From positions 1 through 25,234 of the forward strand of contig JAHQWW010000051.1 of NCBI GenBank assembly GCA_029856365.1: 25,234 nt of DNA, written 5' to 3'. This DNA is from Candidatus Hodarchaeota archaeon. Lineage in GTDB: Archaea > Asgardarchaeota > Heimdallarchaeia > Hodarchaeales > Hodarchaeaceae. The notes under the pieces were generated by a model. It was not told the DNA's origin and searched no databases. It was given only the letters and a program-made list of their open reading frames with translations. Every line of letters starts with the position of its first letter. Positions within the stretch are counted from its first letter, which is position 1. Below are positions 17,631 to 25,234 of this stretch, piece after piece. A program made the position numbers and the translations under genes.

Positions 17631-18503
17631 TTATATCTGTGAGAAAAGAAATCTTGCTAATAAAACACCAGTCATGGCTTGACGATAGCTTTTATTTGAC
17701 CGAACGTCATCTATGGGAATACATTCGGTTTGAATGAGACTAGAAGCTTCATCTATTAGATCTTCAGTGAGTACTTTATTTTTAAGAAGTTTTTCGGTCT
17801 TCCTTCCACGAACCACTGTAGGAGCAACAGCCCCGAGAGCTATTCGAATATCAGTAATTTTCCCCTCACAATTTGGTCGAAACATCTCAACTCCAACAGA
17901 CACGACGTTACAGGACAATGCTTGACGTTGACGAAGGCTCAAATAATCACCTATATAATTTGGGAGTTTGGGGATAATTATTTTTGTCAGTATACCACTA
18001 GGGTCTATAGTAATAAAACCTGGGCCTGTAATAAATTCCTCAATAGGAACTAGATTAGTTCGATTATGTGTTTGAATTTCTATTTTCGCATTTCGACAAT
18101 AAAGAATAGGTAAGGAGTCAGCAGCAGGGCTTGCGTGGCACATATTACCAGCAATTGTCCCTCGATTTCGTATTTGAGGAGAGCCAATAAATGCTACAGC
18201 TTTAGCTAGAGGTGGAATGTGCTTTCTAATAAGCGGATGAGTAGATATTTCAGTATGAGTTAATAGAGGACCAATTTCAATGGTGTCAGGTGTTTCTCGG
18301 ATAAAATGAAGCTTTTGGATTTTATTTAGGTTTAGAAGTGATGGACATTCTCCCCAATTTATGTGGTTATTCCGTATACTTACAAGTACATCGGTTCCAC
18401 CAGCAAGAGGATGCAATTCTGCTCCAAAAGTGGCTTTCAGTTTCAGTGCTTCTTCTAAATTTGTGGGTGAATGGATTTCAAATTCATACATGGTTTTACT
18501 CAC
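17631..18503 (-). CDS. Xanthine dehydrogenase family FAD-binding subunit, cluster 2
   Basis: PTNLEEAL, LAGGTDV, IGSPQIRNRGTIAGN, ASPAAD, ALGAVAPT, PIDDVRS; GTGA overlap with xdhC. Confidence 0.93.
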   Translation of the reverse strand: MSKTMYEFEIHSPTNLEEALKLKATFGAELHPLAGGTDVLVSIRNNHINWGECPSLLNLNKIQKLHFIRETPDTIEIGPLLTHTEISTHPLIRKHIPPLAKAVAFIGSPQIRNRGTIAGNMCHASPAADSLPILYCRNAKIEIQTHNRTNLVPIEEFITGPGFITIDPSGILTKIIIPKLPNYIGDYLSLRQRQALSCNVVSVGVEMFRPNCEGKITDIRIALGAVAPTVVRGRKTEKLLKNKVLTEDLIDEASSLIQTECIPIDDVRSNKSYRQAMTGVLLARFLFSQI

Positions 18504-19309
18504 TCTTTCTTATTCCGCACGTCAATTATTTCAGCTGCAATGGAAATAGCGATTTCCTCTGGAGTTTGACTCCTTATTGGTATTCCAATAGGGGCATGAA
18601 CCTTTTCTAAGAGGTTTGGATCCATTCCCTGAGATTCCAACCGACTGAATATTTCTGAAACTTTTCTTTTACTTCCAATCATCCCAAGATATTTCCAGGT
18701 CTCAAATTCTTGTTCTCGTTTTGTTAAAAGGTGTTTCAAGATCTTTTCGTCTAAATCATGAGAATACGTCAGGATAACAATATAACTACCTTTTTCAAAT
18801 TCAATTGAGTCAATGATTTGAGGTAAATTACCTGTAATCGTTTCAGCGACATTTAAATTCTTGAAATTCTCATCAAGATATTCTTTCCTATCGTCGATAA
18901 CAACTGTCCAAAATCCTAAAGAGGCTAGTAATGGAACTAATTGCTGACTGATATGGCCTGCTCCAAAAATGTAAGTTTTTGTACCTGCACCTTGTATATC
19001 ATAGAATAGACTCATTTTCCCTCCACAAAGCATTCCTGTGGCTTCTTCCCCTTCCTCTGTTAGTTCATATTCTTTAAGAAGTGGTATGTTTATATTAATT
19101 TGAGCTTGTGCTTCTTTAAGAGCTAAGTTCTCAATAGTTCCTCCTCCTATTGTTCCCCAAAGACGTTTTCCAGTCGAAGAAACTAACATTTTGGCTCCTA
19201 TTCGTTGAGGGGCAGAGCCACTGACGTCAACAACGGTGACAAGTGCGAAAGTCCTACCTTTATGAAATTGTTCAGTCATAATCTTGATAAACTCTTTCTG
19301 TGTGCTCAT
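18500..19309 (-). CDS. xdhC: XdhC/CoxI-family Moco insertion/sulfuration accessory protein
   Basis: GSAPQ..GAKM, GTIGGG.IE, GMLCGG, IFGAGHI, DDR, YLGMIGSKRK, APIG..I.SQTPEEIAISIAAE. Confidence 0.92.
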   Translation of the reverse strand: MSTQKEFIKIMTEQFHKGRTFALVTVVDVSGSAPQRIGAKMLVSSTGKRLWGTIGGGTIENLALKEAQAQININIPLLKEYELTEEGEEATGMLCGGKMSLFYDIQGAGTKTYIFGAGHISQQLVPLLASLGFWTVVIDDRKEYLDENFKNLNVAETITGNLPQIIDSIEFEKGSYIVILTYSHDLDEKILKHLLTKREQEFETWKYLGMIGSKRKVSEIFSRLESQGMDPNLLEKVHAPIGIPIRSQTPEEIAISIAAEIIDVRNKKE

Positions 19310-19770
19310 TTTTGTACCAACCCTCTCTGAGTGTCTTTGATTGCGTCAAATATCTTTTGATACCCCGTACAACGACAAATAACACCACTTAATCCTTCAC
19401 GAATTTCATTCAAATTGGCATCAGGTTTTTCTCTCAGTAATGCCGAAGATGCCATGATCATCCCTGGAGTACATGCCCCACACTGGGCAGCTCCATTTTC
19501 AATAAATGATTCTTGAAGGGATAAGATAAGTGAATCAGAGGATTCAATAGTTTCAATTTCACTACGTTCTGGGACTTGAGCCATTAATATCAAACAGGAA
19601 TTTACAACTTTTCCGTTGAGAAGTACGCTACAGGCGCCACATTCACCTTGATCACAACCTTTTTTTGTTCCTTTTAACCCTAAATCATCACGTAAGAAGT
19701 CTAGGAGTCGTTGATCAGGAGAGGTTTCTTCTCGGTACACTACACCATTAACAATGATTTCTATCTTCAT
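19306..19770 (-). CDS. Xanthine dehydrogenase family 2x[2Fe-2S] subunit, cluster 2 (154 aa)
   Basis: GCDQGECGACS...SC, QCGAC, ICRCTGY. True start is ATG 19770 (GGAGG RBS, ATGA overlap with the large-subunit stop); the track's extra 58 N-terminal residues lie inside the upstream gene. Confidence 0.93.
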   Translation of the reverse strand: MKIEIIVNGVVYREETSPDQRLLDFLRDDLGLKGTKKGCDQGECGACSVLLNGKVVNSCLILMAQVPERSEIETIESSDSLILSLQESFIENGAAQCGACTPGMIMASSALLREKPDANLNEIREGLSGVICRCTGYQKIFDAIKDTQRGLVQK

Positions 19771-22079
19771 TCTGGCTCCTCCTGAAGTTTGTCTTGGATT
19801 GCTTGCCAAACTCGTTCTGGTGTAGCAGGAATTTCTGATATTCTCACACCAATTGCATTGTAGATCGCATTTGTAATTGCAGGTGCTATCCCCATCAGAG
19901 GTTGCTCTCCAATACCTTTTGCCCCATAAGGACCACTTTTCCAAGGATCTTCTACAATAATTGACTGAATATTGGGTGTGTCTTTTGTTGTTGGCACAAG
20001 ATAAGTCCCTAAATTGTTTGATAATATTCCTCCTTCAGGTGTAAAAATTATCTCCTCATAGCGTCCATATCCCACTCCCTGTAGTGTACCACCTTCAATT
20101 TGACCTTTAAGGGTCTGAGGATTGATAGCTCGTCCCACATCATGAGCAGCCCAGATATTTTTAATCAAAACGGTCCCAGTTTGGGTGTCAACCTCCACTT
20201 CGGCAATATTTGAGCACCATGCATAAATTGCGTATGGATTTCCCTGTCCTTTTTCATTATCATAATCTGTAGGCGGAGCTACATCCCAACCTGCCTTGGC
20301 TACCTGTCCTCGTTCTTGGTACATAATTTCAATGGCATCTTCAACTAATATTTTCTTTTCAGAGGACGTAGAGATAATATAATTTCCTTCTATTTGCAAA
20401 TTGCATGAATCACTTTCCAAGTGGGGGGCAATTATTTCAAACATTAGAGATCGTATTTGCTGGCAAGCATTTTGGAGTGATCGTCCAGAGAAAGTTGTTG
20501 CTCTGGATGCTACGGTTGGTCCAGAGTCAGGGACGCGGCTGGTATCAACAGGCATCATATTAACTTTAGAATAATTTATTCCTAATTCTGAAGCGACAAT
20601 CTGGGAAAGAACTGTTATCATTCCTTGACCTATTTCGGTAGTCCCGACTGCGAATCGTACACTTCCATCAGGTTCAAGCTGAACATACGAACCTGTACGT
20701 GATAACTGTTTTCCCGCTGAACCCAAACCAACACCATAAAATATTGTCGAGATTCCGATTCCACTCCATTTATAATTCCCCCTCTTACTTTCTTCCATTA
20801 CGTAATTGAAATCAGGTGCAGGTTTCCATTTATTTTCCCAATCACTTTTCTTCTTTGCTTGTTTGAGAGTTTCTAGCATGCCAACAGAATTATCAATAAT
20901 TTGACCGAATGAAGCAGTATCTCCTTGTTTAATTAAATTTCTCTCACGAAACTCTATAGGATCAATGTTTAATTCTGCTGCAATACGATCCATCTGTTCT
21001 TCACAAGCGAAAAGGACTTGTGGAGATCCAAAACCTCTAAAAGCTCCAAATGGGACAAGATTCGTGGCAATAGCATAAGATTGAACATCAACATTGGGAC
21101 AGCGATAAGGACCAACAGCATGTAAGCATCCCCGATAAAGAACTGCTGGTGTCAGAGTTGCATAAGCCCCTGAATTCATTAAATGTTCCACTTGAACTGC
21201 TGTTAGCACACCATCCTTGGATGCACCTGTTTTCATACGAATGATTGCAGGATGACGTTTTGAGGTATTTTCTATATCTTCTTCTCGAGATAATATGTAT
21301 TTGACAGGTTTTCTCGTGAGATATGCTCCCAATGCAACTAGACTAGCAAGCTGATTAGGTTGATCCTCTTTACCACCAAACGCTCCCCCAGTAGTCGTTT
21401 GTATTATTGTAACTTTAGACCAGGGATACCCAAGAATGTCAGCTACTGCTCGTTGAACATAAAATGGACACTGCATCGATCCATATACAGTTATCTCATC
21501 ATGTCCTAGGGGGACAGCGATACATCCTTGGGTTTCAATGTACGCGTGTTCTTGTGCAGGTGTTCGATATTCTCCTTCAACAATGATGTCTGCTTCTTCA
21601 AATCCTTTATTTATGTCTCCCTTCCTTTGTTGCCAATAAGATACGATATTATTGTCTCCATATATATGAATACTTGAATGATCTTTAGCTTCAGTAGGAT
21701 CAAACAATTCAGGCAGTTTTTCATATTCCACATGAACAGCAGAAATAGCTTTCTTCGCATTTTTAGGATTTTTCGCAACAACGATTGCTACTGGTTCACC
21801 TACATGTCGTACAACATTTTCTGCGAGAAGAGGCCAATCATCAAGTATGACATGGACAATATTTTTTCCAGGAATCTCCTTGGCTGTCCCAATTGTAGCT
21901 CCTAACTGTTTTGCCTTTTCATTATCAATTTTAATCTTCTTAATTCGAGCATGAGCATGTGGACTACGTACGACTGCAAGGAAATGTTCATCGGGAAAAC
22001 TTAAGTCATAAATATATTGAGCTTCCCCCTTAACTTTGAGTCGAGCATCCTTTCGTGGAAGAGGTTTTCCTATAACCAA
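19767..22079 (-). CDS. xdhA: Xanthine dehydrogenase family Mo-binding (large) subunit, cluster 2
   Basis: RSPHAHA, QEHAYIE, GGAFGGKED, KRHP, VLYRG, GAFRGFG.PQ, EIGQG, PDSGPTVASR, GQIEGG, GAKGIGEQ; TTG start with GGAG RBS. Confidence 0.9.
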   Translation of the reverse strand: MVIGKPLPRKDARLKVKGEAQYIYDLSFPDEHFLAVVRSPHAHARIKKIKIDNEKAKQLGATIGTAKEIPGKNIVHVILDDWPLLAENVVRHVGEPVAIVVAKNPKNAKKAISAVHVEYEKLPELFDPTEAKDHSSIHIYGDNNIVSYWQQRKGDINKGFEEADIIVEGEYRTPAQEHAYIETQGCIAVPLGHDEITVYGSMQCPFYVQRAVADILGYPWSKVTIIQTTTGGAFGGKEDQPNQLASLVALGAYLTRKPVKYILSREEDIENTSKRHPAIIRMKTGASKDGVLTAVQVEHLMNSGAYATLTPAVLYRGCLHAVGPYRCPNVDVQSYAIATNLVPFGAFRGFGSPQVLFACEEQMDRIAAELNIDPIEFRERNLIKQGDTASFGQIIDNSVGMLETLKQAKKKSDWENKWKPAPDFNYVMEESKRGNYKWSGIGISTIFYGVGLGSAGKQLSRTGSYVQLEPDGSVRFAVGTTEIGQGMITVLSQIVASELGINYSKVNMMPVDTSRVPDSGPTVASRATTFSGRSLQNACQQIRSLMFEIIAPHLESDSCNLQIEGNYIISTSSEKKILVEDAIEIMYQERGQVAKAGWDVAPPTDYDNEKGQGNPYAIYAWCSNIAEVEVDTQTGTVLIKNIWAAHDVGRAINPQTLKGQIEGGTLQGVGYGRYEEIIFTPEGGILSNNLGTYLVPTTKDTPNIQSIIVEDPWKSGPYGAKGIGEQPLMGIAPAITNAIYNAIGVRISEIPATPERVWQAIQDKLQEEPE

Positions 22080-22300
22080 TTTAATGACTCCATTTTAGAA
22101 ATTATGCAATCTATTTTGGGAACCAATAATATTCTATTACTTATTGCACCCTTTTATATTAGGAAAAATATTTCGTAAGGCCTTTTAATCCAGATTACTC
22201 TTTTTCTTTAGACTAGAATTTCTTTATTAATAAACTTTAAAAGGCTTGGATTTATCTTTAAGATGATTTTTTTTCATAGAGTTAAATATCTGGATTAGAA

Positions 22301-22498
22301 ATGCGGACGAAAAAGAAGGATGAACTAGATAAGGAATTAGAAAAAAGGTCAATTGGAGCATGGATCGGAGTATTATTTGGTCTGAATCCAGGATCAATCT
22401 CTTATCTTCTTTCTAAACGAAAACTTCGAAATAAAGCCCGGAAAATGGGAAGGTATCCTAGATATCAAGAATATGAACGGATAGAAAAAATAAGATAA
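22301..22498 (+). CDS. Small basic hypothetical protein (65 aa) with one hydrophobic segment
   Basis: ATG ORF divergent from xdh cluster 2, with charged ends flanking IGAWIGVLFGLNPGSISYLL. Confidence 0.55.
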   Translation: MRTKKKDELDKELEKRSIGAWIGVLFGLNPGSISYLLSKRKLRNKARKMGRYPRYQEYERIEKIR

Positions 22499-22656
22499 GA
22501 GATTAAATGTTGTTATGTTAAACTTCCCTCCCTAATCAATAAAAGGATACTCAACTTCTTTTTCTCTTAATTATTCTTTTTTCAAAAGTCCTTAATTCCT
22601 TAAACAAGCATTTAAATTATAATTCTAATGATCTAGTATTCTAGTTTATCATCTAA

Positions 22657-22788
22657 GTTTATTATTTAACAGAAATCCGAAAGGAATTATACATGGCATG
22701 GAAACAGGAAACGAAGAGATTCCTATTAGGCCGAAAAAGGATAAAAGTGATGAAAAATAACCTTTCCTCTTCTATTTTGGAAATTTAA
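22657..22788 (+). pseudogene. Possible remnant of a PadR-type winged-helix regulator C-terminus
   Basis: *VYYLTEIRKELYMAWKQETKRFLL resembles the PadR KxYxLTxxGxxxL..W wing and helix; short match only. Confidence 0.3.
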
Positions 22789-22828
22789 ACCTTTAACTCA
22801 CTCCGTGTGATTCACTCTTGAATAGAAG

Positions 22829-23446
22829 CTAAAGCCATCTGATAAAGGCCAGACCACTTCCAATAGGTAATATTATACTAGATACTCTTGAGTTGCTTTT
22901 TATTTGTTCAATGAAATCTGGCATGTCATCCGCATGACTAATCACATTATCAGCTATTAACACAGAACCCCGGGTTAATCGTGCAACAAGAAAATTAAAA
23001 AAATAAGCATAATCTTCTTTTTCACAATCCATGAAAATATAGGAGAATCTATCTTGAGATTTTCTTTTTAAATAATTCTTTGCATCTTCATGAATCAATG
23101 TGACATATTTCCCAACTTCAGTGGATGTAATATTCTCAGAAGCTAGTAGGTACTTTTTGGGATCATGATCTAGTGAAATCAATCTTCCCTGGTGACTTAG
23201 TACTAGTGCCATCCCTTGCCATAATGTTGAATACCCCCCTGATGTGCCTACTTCGAGACCCACAAAATCAGAGAACTGAGGAATGAATGTTATAAGAAAC
23301 TGAAAAAGAAATTCACCTGTTTCACGGGGAATCTGACGGAGGCGTTGGAACCGACCTAGATCAACTTCTCGTTCTTCTCTATCTCTTTCCTCTAGTTTAA
23401 TCAAAACTTTTTGAATGGAAGAAGGAATTAAATCGAAAGGCTGCAA
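22829..23446 (-). CDS. SAM-dependent O-methyltransferase (CCoAOMT/YrrM-like)
   Basis: ETGEFL, LEVGTSGGYSTLW, IFMDCEKEDY, LIADNVISH, IGSGL; TTG start. Confidence 0.88.
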   Translation of the reverse strand: MQPFDLIPSSIQKVLIKLEERDREEREVDLGRFQRLRQIPRETGEFLFQFLITFIPQFSDFVGLEVGTSGGYSTLWQGMALVLSHQGRLISLDHDPKKYLLASENITSTEVGKYVTLIHEDAKNYLKRKSQDRFSYIFMDCEKEDYAYFFNFLVARLTRGSVLIADNVISHADDMPDFIEQIKSNSRVSSIILPIGSGLAFIRWL

Positions 23447-23543
23447 TTAAACCACACTAATCGAATCATACTTCCTTTTTTTCAGTATATTGGATTATTG
23501 CATCGAAAGTAATCTTATTAGAATATATATCGAGAGGATTGTG

Positions 23544-24461
23544 ATGGTAAAAATGAAAGTCAATTATAAATATTATGAACCAAATAAGGGATTTGAGGAG
23601 CTTCAAGCTCAAATATATAATGAGGACACCAAAAAATATGAGATCCGAGTAACTGCAACTGCAGAGTCGATCCAACAAAGGTATGAGAACGAAAAACCAG
23701 ATTCTAAAGGCATAAGATACGCCTTTAAAGAGGATGGTAGCCCTCTTGCCTATATCCAGACGCGGGTGACAGAAGCAAACGAAAACACTAAAAGACGTAC
23801 TTGGATTGGTTACCCCTGGGCAGTGGAAGAATGTCCTGATGTACAAGAAAAACTCTACAATGAAGTATTTGAATACGTAAAACAACGTGACCCAGAGAAT
23901 GAAATTGTGATGGGTTATTTTTCTGACAATTTTACCGAATCAGTTTCTTTTGCAAAGAGTAAAGGTTTTGAAATAATTGATAAAGGGTACCAATATGCTA
24001 TTGATGTTCAAGAAGCCAGCAAAGAAGAAATATCAGGGTGCACAGTGCGGATGGCAACCATGGACGATTTGAAGGTGTTAATAGAATTATGTAAATCTGA
24101 TTCCAATTTAAAAAATGCCTTTCCCAACGAAGAAGCTTGGATAAGCTACTTCAAAGATCGAGTTCTTCCTGATAAGCACACGGTAATGATATTAAAAGAT
24201 AACCAGCTAGTATGTGCTGGTGCACCATTGGAAGGTATTACTGAGGATGGTCTAATCGTTAGATTCTTAGCTACTAGGCCTGGTTACGAAAATTTAAGAA
24301 AAGCCTTATTAATCGAAATTTCTAAACATAACATTGAGACAGGGTGGCACGATAAACCGCTATTAATCTATGTTGGAAATCAAGAAGACCTAATAGCTAC
24401 AGTTAAGGAAATAGGAGGAACAATCCGAGATACACAAATATTATTTGGATTAAAGGATTAA
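23544..24461 (+). CDS. Hypothetical protein, probable tandem GNAT-fold
   Basis: GNAT-like elements (FAKSKGFEII; VRMATMDDLKVLIEL; FLATRPGYE..RKALL). Start ATG 23544 follows GAGAGGA; the track start 23490 is less likely. Confidence 0.7.
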   Translation: MVKMKVNYKYYEPNKGFEELQAQIYNEDTKKYEIRVTATAESIQQRYENEKPDSKGIRYAFKEDGSPLAYIQTRVTEANENTKRRTWIGYPWAVEECPDVQEKLYNEVFEYVKQRDPENEIVMGYFSDNFTESVSFAKSKGFEIIDKGYQYAIDVQEASKEEISGCTVRMATMDDLKVLIELCKSDSNLKNAFPNEEAWISYFKDRVLPDKHTVMILKDNQLVCAGAPLEGITEDGLIVRFLATRPGYENLRKALLIEISKHNIETGWHDKPLLIYVGNQEDLIATVKEIGGTIRDTQILFGLKD

Positions 24462-24745
24462 CTAATCTTACTTAGTTTTTTTATGAATACATCAAAATAT
24501 AATTGAATGAGCCCATTCTTCACCAAAAAATGAAAATTTTCTTCATTCAATAAGACTAGAAGTTCAGTACTTAATAAGGAAGTTTCATGTGTCATATCTG
24601 TCTTTCCACCAAAATATCCTTTTAGTGTTTCTCCCAACTTAGTTAGAGTATTTTTGTCATAAGAAAAACTCAGTGTAGATTATGGTTTCGTGACTAATTC
24701 ATCTAAAGCAGATTTGCTTAAATTACATTGAATTAAATAGAAGGA
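24458..24745 (-). pseudogene. Possible decayed or small ORF in frame with the upstream membrane protein
   Basis: About 95 codons with a single internal TAA (24680-24682); the terminal stop overlaps the GNAT gene stop (TTAA). Confidence 0.3.
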
Positions 24746-25234
24746 TTAAGGAGGGATAAACGCAAACAGAAGGGCAAAGATAAATATAACGAAAAATACA
24801 AAAATAAAGAATGCAATGATAGGAGACTCTTGTAGAAATTCACGAGAAAATAATCGTGCTATTTCCTTTCCTAGGCTCAACTGCCTACGTAATGATAACT
24901 TACGTCTATCAAAAATAGTAAAACCAAAAATTTTAATTGTTGGAACCATATGTATTAGACACCAAATGACAATGAAAGGTAAGGCAATCAGGGCAAGTAA
25001 TCCAACTAAAATGAACCTTGGGTTTACGACACCGAATAAGAAGATGGAAAAACACGCAAAGCCACTGAAAATCATTGCCCAGAACCAAGCCCAAGTAGAA
25101 AAATAGATCTCCTCTGCAGTACTGGTATCTGCTGCTCTACGTTGAACAGTAGTTTTTATTTCCTCAGTTTTTTTGGTTGTATAATCCCTGGTTTTTTCTT
25201 TAGTAGTGGCTTGAACAGTCTGAATTTCTTCTTT
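24746..25234 (-). CDS. Membrane protein (about 3 TM) with hydrophilic helical N-terminal region; 5' end outside the window
   Basis: The frame is open from 25234 to the stop at 24746: KEEIQTVQATTKEKTRDYTTKKTEEIKTTVQRRAADTSTAEEIYFSTWAWFWAMIFSGF...; the track start 25075 is internal. Confidence 0.8.
   Translation of the reverse strand, partial: KEEIQTVQATTKEKTRDYTTKKTEEIKTTVQRRAADTSTAEEIYFSTWAWFWAMIFSGFACFSIFLFGVVNPRFILVGLLALIALPFIVIWCLIHMVPTIKIFGFTIFDRRKLSLRRQLSLGKEIARLFSREFLQESPIIAFFIFVFFVIFIFALLFAFIPP

Noticed and set aside
19771-19944. Cys-rich N-terminal extension of the cluster-2 FeS subunit in the track
   Set aside because: It is an alternative frame within the large-subunit gene; the RBS and ATGA coupling mark 19770 as the start.
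12694-22079. Aerobic CO dehydrogenase (coxMSL) annotation
   Set aside because: The active-site loops are AYRGYG and AFRGFG, not AYxCSFR (form I) or AYRGAGR (form II).
10443-22079. Selenium-dependent Mo hydroxylase or selenoprotein
   Set aside because: No yqeB, yqeC or selD and no in-frame TGA at Cys positions in this window; cannot be excluded genome-wide.
13413-25106. Antisense track ORFs (13413-13673, 17734-17925, 18338-18610, 18361-18549, 21678-21905, 23466-23885, 24816-25106)
   Set aside because: Opposite-strand shadows of well-supported genes.
1-25234. CRISPR arrays, tRNA/rRNA, transposases, integrases
   Set aside because: No spaced repeats, structured-RNA signatures or mobile-element motifs were seen by eye.

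Overview
AT-rich (roughly one-third GC by eye), gene-dense chromosomal window, probably archaeal. GGTGA/GAGGTGA ribosome-binding sites, a geranylgeranyl-reductase-family gene and a large TPR protein suggest Asgard/Heimdallarchaeia, but this is inference only. Left to right: partial TPR protein, an orphan with a possible degenerate small-GTPase fold, M20 peptidase, C69/secernin Ntn-peptidase and a P-type ATPase. Next is a + strand run (GGR-family flavoprotein, mocA, a MoaD/ubiquitin-like protein, and FAD, 2Fe-2S and Mo subunits of an XdhD-like molybdenum hydroxylase). It is followed by a decayed histidine-kinase remnant, an intact 7TM histidine kinase, and a convergent second Mo-hydroxylase operon (Mo, FeS, XdhC, FAD). 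The right end holds a small ORF, an O-methyltransferase, a GNAT-like protein and a partial membrane protein. The most striking signal is the P-type ATPase: it has a P2A (SERCA-like) scaffold, but its M4 motif reads PINIP instead of PEGLP and its M6 Ca2+ ligands are lost. The Glu-to-Ile swap is the hallmark of eukaryotic P4 lipid flippases, and the gene sits head-to-head with the GGR-family gene. No rRNA, tRNA, CRISPR array or mobile element was recognised.
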